From an uncultured Clostridia bacterium (GTDB taxonomy: Bacteria > Bacillota > Clostridia > Christensenellales > UBA3700), in the NCBI GenBank assembly GCA_947174325.1, contig CAMWIL010000002.1:4485-68484 (forward strand): 64,000 nt of DNA. Reading direction: 5' to 3'. Below are positions 54,563 through 64,000 of the stretch, piece by piece. The position numbers were made by a program, and so were the translations under genes. Position 1 is the first letter of the stretch. Each line of letters begins with the position of its first letter. The notes under the pieces were generated by a model, which was not told the DNA's origin, ran no database searches, and saw only the letters and a list, made by a program, of their open reading frames with translations.

Positions 54563-56758
54563 CTACGCCATATTCTGCGGATTGAGTTCTGCAAACACAG
54601 AAACTTGTCTGAATTTGTTTCGCTCGATCGTGTCATAGAATTCGGCGATTATTTCTCTTTCTTTTTCTCTTTTTATTCTCGCTATTATTTGATAGCGGTA
54701 TTTGTTTTGAATTCGTCCCAGCGGCGAACGCATAGCCTGCATATACAAAAATTCATTGGAGTTGCGACCTGCAAAATCCATAAGCTGTCTGTATATCGTC
54801 TTGGCGCACTCTATCACCTTGTCTTCGTTCTCAGAGGTCATAAGCACTCTTATTATCGTGGTATACGGCGGAAACTTCGTCGTATACCGCACGTTATTTT
54901 CCTTTTCAAAGAAACCGCTGTAATCGTATTTAGAAGCAAATCGATACACGTAGTGATTAGGCGCGTAAGTCTGCAAAATGACTTTGCCGCCCTTATTGCT
55001 TCTGCCTGCTCTACCTGCAACTTGAGTGACAAGTTGGAAAGTACGCTCGTTGGAACGGTAGTCCTGATGATACAAACTCATATCTGCGTCCAATATCCCA
55101 ACAAGAGTAACGTCAGGAAAATCGTGTCCTTTGGCTATCATCTGCGTACCTACAAGCACTTGCGCTTCTTTTGCCGCAAACGCTCCGAGAATATCCAAAT
55201 ACGCTGATTTCGTAGTTGTGGTCTCATTGTCCATACGCAAGACCTTGACGTTGGGAATAAGCCTCTCGATCTCTTCAACTACTCTCTGCGTGCCTAATTT
55301 GCCGTATTTGATATTGACGCTTCCGCAATCCGGACAGCAAGAGAGCATCTTAAATCTCTTACCGCAGTAATGACATTTGAGCATATTGTCAAACGAATGA
55401 TACGTCAACGACACGTCGCAATCTGTACATTTAGCTATGTAACCGCACTTTCGGCACATCACAAACGAAGAGTGTCCGCGACGGTTGAGAAATATCATCA
55501 CTTGTTCGCCCTTTTTGACGGTGTCTTTGATACTCTCTTCGAGTTTTGCTGAAAACATACTCGTGTTGCCCATCAGCAATTCGTGCGACATATTGACAAC
55601 GTCTATATTAGGCATACCCTTGTCGGATATTCTTTCATCCATTACCGCCAACGCATAATCGCCGCGTTTTGCCAAAAGATAACTTTCTATCGACGGCGTT
55701 GCGCTACCCAACACGACTTTTGCTTTGTTATGATTTGCTCTGAAAAGCGCAACGTCGACAGTGCGGTATCTCGGATTCGATTCGCTGACGTAACTTGCGT
55801 CATGCTCCTCGTCAACTATTATCAGCCCCAAATCTTTTACAGGCGCAAAGATTGCCGAACGCGCGCCTACCACTATCCTAGCTTCGCCTTTTAGAAGCCT
55901 TTTCCATTCGTCAAAGCGCTCGCCGTCGCTTAGCCCGCTGTGCAGCATAGCCACGTTATCTCCAAAATAGCCTCTGAAATTCCTTAACATTTGCGGAGTC
56001 AAGGATATTTCGGGCACTAGCATAATCGCCGTTTTTCCCTCGTCGAGAACTCTCTTGATAGCGTTCATATAAACGAGAGTTTTTCCGCTTCCCGTAACGC
56101 CGTGTAAAAGCACTGCCGTCTGCTCCGCGGAAAAAATACTTTCTAGCGCGCTCTGTTGTTGAGGACGAAGTTTTACCTTTGCTTCCGCGCCTTTGACGGA
56201 CACCATAGGTTTTCGACCTACTTGCTCGGACGTCTTTACTACAAGACCTTTTGACACCAACGCATTTATTGCGGCAACCGAATACTCGTTTGAAATAACG
56301 CTCAAATACTCGCCGCCTTCTTTTAATCTTTCTATCAAAGCGATTTGACTTTTTGCCCTTGCAGGCACGGCGTCCAAAATTTCCTCGACAGTAAAGGCTG
56401 GATTGAGAGTAACGTAAAGTCTAGTCAATTCCTTTACTCTTCCGCCGCGAAGTTTGGACGGAATAAACAATCTTAGACTGTCGACGTAACGAACGTAAAA
56501 CCTGTCTTTCATATACCGCATAAGCTCCAACATCTCCTCGCTTATGCATACGAATTCGTCAAGCACGCCCTCTACGCTCTTCAAAGTCGGAACGTCTGAA
56601 GTCGGCGCGATATCTATACAAAAACCCTCGATCCTCTGCGTACCGAAAGGCACGATAACTCTGCTGCCTTTTTGCACGTTGAGATTTGAGGGAATTTCAT
56701 AGTCGAATATCTTGTCCGTCTCGCTGTTGCTTATGTCTACGATAACCTTTGCTATCAT
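54563..56758 (-). CDS. priA: Primosomal replication protein N' (PriA helicase)
   Basis: HGVTGSGKT, DEEHD, a Cys-rich zinc region (CRKCGYIAKCTDCDVSLTYH...CHYCG...CPDCGS) and QVAGRAGR. Confidence 0.95.
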   Translation of the reverse strand: MIAKVIVDISNSETDKIFDYEIPSNLNVQKGSRVIVPFGTQRIEGFCIDIAPTSDVPTLKSVEGVLDEFVCISEEMLELMRYMKDRFYVRYVDSLRLFIPSKLRGGRVKELTRLYVTLNPAFTVEEILDAVPARAKSQIALIERLKEGGEYLSVISNEYSVAAINALVSKGLVVKTSEQVGRKPMVSVKGAEAKVKLRPQQQSALESIFSAEQTAVLLHGVTGSGKTLVYMNAIKRVLDEGKTAIMLVPEISLTPQMLRNFRGYFGDNVAMLHSGLSDGERFDEWKRLLKGEARIVVGARSAIFAPVKDLGLIIVDEEHDASYVSESNPRYRTVDVALFRANHNKAKVVLGSATPSIESYLLAKRGDYALAVMDERISDKGMPNIDVVNMSHELLMGNTSMFSAKLEESIKDTVKKGEQVMIFLNRRGHSSFVMCRKCGYIAKCTDCDVSLTYHSFDNMLKCHYCGKRFKMLSCCPDCGSVNIKYGKLGTQRVVEEIERLIPNVKVLRMDNETTTTKSAYLDILGAFAAKEAQVLVGTQMIAKGHDFPDVTLVGILDADMSLYHQDYRSNERTFQLVTQVAGRAGRSNKGGKVILQTYAPNHYVYRFASKYDYSGFFEKENNVRYTTKFPPYTTIIRVLMTSENEDKVIECAKTIYRQLMDFAGRNSNEFLYMQAMRSPLGRIQNKYRYQIIARIKREKEREIIAEFYDTIERNKFRQVSVFAELNPQNMA

Positions 56759-57936
56759 CTCAACGCCTCGTCAAGTATGACGTCAGCCACTTCCGCCTTT
56801 GTCATTTTAGGCAAAGATTTCGATTTGCCGTCGCGAGTAATGATAGTGACTATATTCGTATCGGTATCAAATCCCGCGCCTTCCAGCGTAACGTCGTTGG
56901 CTACGACGACGTCGGCGTTTTTGCTCTTCAACTTATCCTTTGCGCTCTCGATAAGGTTTTGAGTTTCCGCGCAGAATACCACAAGCTTTCTATCGCCTTT
57001 GACCTGCCCGACGGCTTTTGCTATATCGGGATTTTTGACAAGTTCCAACGACAACGTTTCGCCTTTGAGTTTGTTTTGTATTTTATCTTTAGGGCGGTAA
57101 TCGCTTGGCGCTGCCGCTTTTATTATGACGTCGCAGTCGCAATAATTTTCCATCACCGCATCGTACATTTGGCAAGTCGTTTCTACGTCTACTACTTTGT
57201 CTATATAGGACGGAGCGTCTATTTGCGTAAGCCCTTTGACAAGAACGACGCTACCTCCTCTCTTGACTACGGCTTTGGCGATTTCTATCCCCATTTTACC
57301 CGACGAGCGGTTGGTGATAAACCTTACTCCGTCGATATTCTCTCTTGTAGCTCCGGCGGTGACCAGCACCTTTTTGCCTGCGTAATCGCTTTTAGGACAA
57401 AGTACATCCAACGCTTTTGCAACAATGTCTACGGGCTCTGCCATCTTGCCTTTTCCGCTATCGCCGCACGCAAGTCTGCCCTCTACGCTGTCTATCACGA
57501 TCACACCGCGCGATTTAAGTTTGTTCAAATTCTCTTTAAACGCGACGTTCTCGTACATATTCGTATTCATTGCAGGCGCGACAATTATCGGACATTTGAG
57601 CGCAAGATACGTTGTGGTGAGCATATCGTCCGCTATACCGTCGGCAAACTTTGCTATCACGTTGGCTGTCGCCGGCGCGATTATGCACAAGTCCGCTTTT
57701 TTAGCAAGCGATATATGTTCCACTTCCCATTGCTTTTTGCGAGCAAACATATCGCTGACGACAGGTCTTGCCGACAGCGTTTCGAAAGTCAACGGCGAGA
57801 TAAACTCGGTAGCGTGTTCGGTCATTATCACGTCCACGCCCGCGCCGAGCTTTTTTAATCTCGATACTACTTCGCACGATTTATAGCAGGCTATTCCCCC
57901 GCTTACGCCCAAAAGTACGTTAAACCTTTCCAACAT
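56755..57936 (-). CDS. coaBC: Bifunctional phosphopantothenoylcysteine decarboxylase / phosphopantothenate-cysteine ligase
   Basis: GVSGGIACYK flavoprotein N-terminus, PAMNTNMY, and ITNRSSGKMG in the CoaB half. ATGA overlap with priA. Confidence 0.95.
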   Translation of the reverse strand: MLERFNVLLGVSGGIACYKSCEVVSRLKKLGAGVDVIMTEHATEFISPLTFETLSARPVVSDMFARKKQWEVEHISLAKKADLCIIAPATANVIAKFADGIADDMLTTTYLALKCPIIVAPAMNTNMYENVAFKENLNKLKSRGVIVIDSVEGRLACGDSGKGKMAEPVDIVAKALDVLCPKSDYAGKKVLVTAGATRENIDGVRFITNRSSGKMGIEIAKAVVKRGGSVVLVKGLTQIDAPSYIDKVVDVETTCQMYDAVMENYCDCDVIIKAAAPSDYRPKDKIQNKLKGETLSLELVKNPDIAKAVGQVKGDRKLVVFCAETQNLIESAKDKLKSKNADVVVANDVTLEGAGFDTDTNIVTIITRDGKSKSLPKMTKAEVADVILDEALR

Positions 57937-57953
57937 CCGCCCGATCTCCGTTA

Positions 57954-58154
57954 TTACTGATTGTCTCTCTTGATAATAACTTTGTCGTCGTATACTTCTT
58001 GAGCAGCATAACTTATCGCCTTGGTCTTCTTCTCATCGAGAAGTTCGGGATACTGCGTCTCTAACTGTCTTGCTCTTTTAGCCACGCCGCAAACCAATGC
58101 GTAACGACATTCCGCTTTCTTTATCAACTTGTCGATAGGTGGATCGATCATCAT
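57954..58154 (-). CDS. rpoZ: DNA-directed RNA polymerase subunit omega
   Basis: 66 aa. RYALVCGVAKRARQL motif. Conserved position after gmk. Confidence 0.85.
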   Translation of the reverse strand: MMIDPPIDKLIKKAECRYALVCGVAKRARQLETQYPELLDEKKTKAISYAAQEVYDDKVIIKRDNQ

Positions 58155-58156
58155 AA

Positions 58157-58774
58157 TTATTTACCTCCGTAGATTAAATCATCTATAAATTTTTTATTGT
58201 TTTTTACTTTGCATTTTTCCGCTTCGATAATGGATATGATATCCATAGCTCCTTGACGGGCGTCCTCGTTGACTACGATATAGTCGTAAAATACGGCTTG
58301 TTTGATCTCTTCGATCGCGCTGTCGGTACGCAATTTTAATTGCTCTTCGCTCTCCGTCGATCGACCTCTCAACCTCTCTTCTATCGTAGATCTCTTAGCC
58401 GGCGATATGAATATCATTACAGCGTCGGGATACCTGTTCTTCACGTCCAACGCGCCTTTGACGTCTATCTCCAAAACCACGTCGTATCCCGCGCTTAATT
58501 GTTCTTTGACTTTATCAACGGGCGTACCGTAATAGTTGTCGTATACTTTCTGATGCTCCAAAAATGCGTCCTTTTTGAGCATCTCGTTGAACTGTTCTAC
58601 CGTCTTGAAATAATAGTTTACGCCCTCGACTTCTCCTGCGCGCGGCGCTCTAGTCGTGACCGACACGGAATATTTCAGATTGGGATACTTTTCTACCGTA
58701 TGAGCCAAGATCGTGCCTTTACCTGCGCCAGACGGTCCCGATACGACTATCAACAAACCTTTTTTATTTTCCAT
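58157..58774 (-). CDS. gmk: Guanylate kinase
   Basis: GPSGAGKGT P-loop, TTRAPRAGEVEGVNYYF. Confidence 0.95.
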   Translation of the reverse strand: MENKKGLLIVVSGPSGAGKGTILAHTVEKYPNLKYSVSVTTRAPRAGEVEGVNYYFKTVEQFNEMLKKDAFLEHQKVYDNYYGTPVDKVKEQLSAGYDVVLEIDVKGALDVKNRYPDAVMIFISPAKRSTIEERLRGRSTESEEQLKLRTDSAIEEIKQAVFYDYIVVNEDARQGAMDIISIIEAEKCKVKNNKKFIDDLIYGGK

Positions 58775-58820
58775 TTTATCTCCGACATTTCCGCAGTGAT
58801 CGCGGAAAATAATTTTATCT

Positions 58821-59702
58821 CTACGCCAAATTCTGTATCTGCTCGCGAATCTTTTCTATTTCGCTTTTGAGATACACTACGTACTCTGTGATCGCCGCAT
58901 AATTGCATTTGCTTCCGATCGTATTGCTCTCTCTGTTCATTTCCTGAACGATAAAGTCCAATTTCTTGCCTATTGGTCCGCCCTCTTTGACAATGGACTC
59001 AAAATGAGAAATATGGGTATATAATCTCGTGATCTCTTCGTCCGTGCATATCTTGTCGCCGTAAAAAGCGATCTCGTTGATAAGTTTAACCTCGTCGATA
59101 GGAGTTTCTTTGAGATACTCCTCAACTCGCTCTCGAAGCTTTGTTCTATACTCGTTGATAGCAATAGGCGCAAGCTCTTGTATCTTAGGCAAAACGTTCT
59201 TTATTCCATCCAACTTGCTCATCAAATCTTTGATAAGCGCTTCGCCCTCGACAGCGCGCATAGCGTTGATATTTTCTATAGCCTGCAAGCAGGCTTCTTT
59301 TATAAGCGCCGACAAAGCTTCTTCGTCGGTTTCGTCCGCTACTTGCGTTACCACGTCAGATATACGCAATATCTCGTTGACGTGCAAATTGTTTTCTACT
59401 CCGAACTTTTCCTGAATTTGTTTTGCTATAAGTACGTACTGCTCAGCCAAATCAAAATCAACTGCGATTTTGCATTTATCCTTTCTTACGTCTTCGAAAT
59501 TGACGTAAACGTCGACGTGACCTCTGGCGATATTGGACTGCATCGTCTTCCTCAACCCGTCTTCCGCAAACGCCAACAACTTAGGAAGTTTGATATTCAG
59601 ATCAAGAAATCTGTGATTTACGGATTTAAGTTCTACCGTGATCTTCAATCCGTCCTTTTCAGCTATTCCTTTACCGTAACCCGTCATACTGTATATCGTC
59701 AT
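58821..59702 (-). CDS. yicC: YicC/YloC family endoribonuclease
   Basis: SMTGYGKG N-terminus, SVNHRFLD, and C-terminal QEMNRESNTIGSK. Confidence 0.85.
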   Translation of the reverse strand: MTIYSMTGYGKGIAEKDGLKITVELKSVNHRFLDLNIKLPKLLAFAEDGLRKTMQSNIARGHVDVYVNFEDVRKDKCKIAVDFDLAEQYVLIAKQIQEKFGVENNLHVNEILRISDVVTQVADETDEEALSALIKEACLQAIENINAMRAVEGEALIKDLMSKLDGIKNVLPKIQELAPIAINEYRTKLRERVEEYLKETPIDEVKLINEIAFYGDKICTDEEITRLYTHISHFESIVKEGGPIGKKLDFIVQEMNRESNTIGSKCNYAAITEYVVYLKSEIEKIREQIQNLA

Positions 59703-59742
59703 ACCAATCTTACCTCTTGTACTGTGTAATTATGTATATTAG

Positions 59743-59771
59743 ATAATAGCACAAAATAATAATTTTTACAA
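59743..59771 (-). promoter_or_regulatory. Putative sigma-A promoter of the yicC-gmk-rpoZ-coaBC-priA... gene string
   Basis: Minus strand TTGTAA (59771-59766), 17 nt, TATTAT (59748-59743). Confidence 0.55.
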
Positions 59772-59804
59772 GTAAATTAAATATTATTTATATATTATAT
59801 TAAA

Positions 59805-64000
<4,196 letters not shown>

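Noticed and set aside
56749-57858. Long antisense ORFs in the six-frame track. Examples: 56749..57858 (+, 369 aa), 37972..39105 (+, 377 aa), 46346..47359 (+, 337 aa), 13290..14207 (+, 305 aa), 35784..36704 (+, 306 aa), 32905..33693 (+), 31821..32624 (+), 23931..24713 (+), 7074..7784 (-).
   Set aside because: Each lies entirely opposite a confidently identified conserved gene (coaBC, hisF/hisA, yloV, ileS, aldolase, ilvC, ilvD, pgi, Na/Pi transporter). Their translations are low-complexity (Ser/Arg/Phe/Ile-rich) with no recognisable motifs and no SD. They are shadow ORFs produced by codon bias.

Overview
Chromosomal core segment of a low-GC Gram-positive bacterium, probably an endospore-forming member of the Clostridia. 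I call 58 protein-coding genes, 51 of them on the minus strand. I saw no rRNA, tRNA, CRISPR array, transposase or phage gene. Gene content, left to right: a membrane-anchored GNAT plus a second acyltransferase-like gene; mscS; coaE-polA; a Na/Pi cotransporter; rluA-type and rRNA-methylase-type genes; a CNNM transporter with type-2 ileS; DUF3343 divergent from a cysteine desulfurase and two small Asn/Gln-rich ORFs. Next comes a TM1266-like ACT protein heading a NitT/TauT-type ABC importer operon, then an S41 peptidase, an orphan degenerate ABC ATPase, a HAD hydrolase, pgi, a sugar-phosphate isomerase and an MMPL transporter. The right half holds ilvB-ilvC-ilvD-ilvA-ridA, a DRE-TIM aldolase and hisZGDBHAF(IE). 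It ends with a block syntenic with the Bacillus subtilis yloC-to-recG region (recG, yloV, yloU, rpmB, spoVM, rpe, rsgA, rlmN, rsmB, fmt, def, priA, coaBC, rpoZ, gmk, yicC), followed by ligA and a truncated pcrA. Most of the window is ordinary housekeeping. The observations most worth a second look are: (1) a consensus promoter followed by a ~150-nt leader with a terminator/antiterminator switch, matching no riboswitch class I recognise, upstream of the TM1266-like/ABC operon; (2) four same-orientation intergenic copies of a 16-bp near-palindrome, TTGAACA-N-WGTTCAGT, within 3.7 kb; (3) an untracked 23-25 codon spoVM-like micro-ORF; (4) rsgA, whose conserved N-terminus lies upstream of any canonical start codon, implying an AUC start; (5) two apparently leaderless genes, one of them an orphan ABC ATPase with every catalytic motif degenerate. 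All functional calls come from reading the translations against remembered family motifs. No database search was run.
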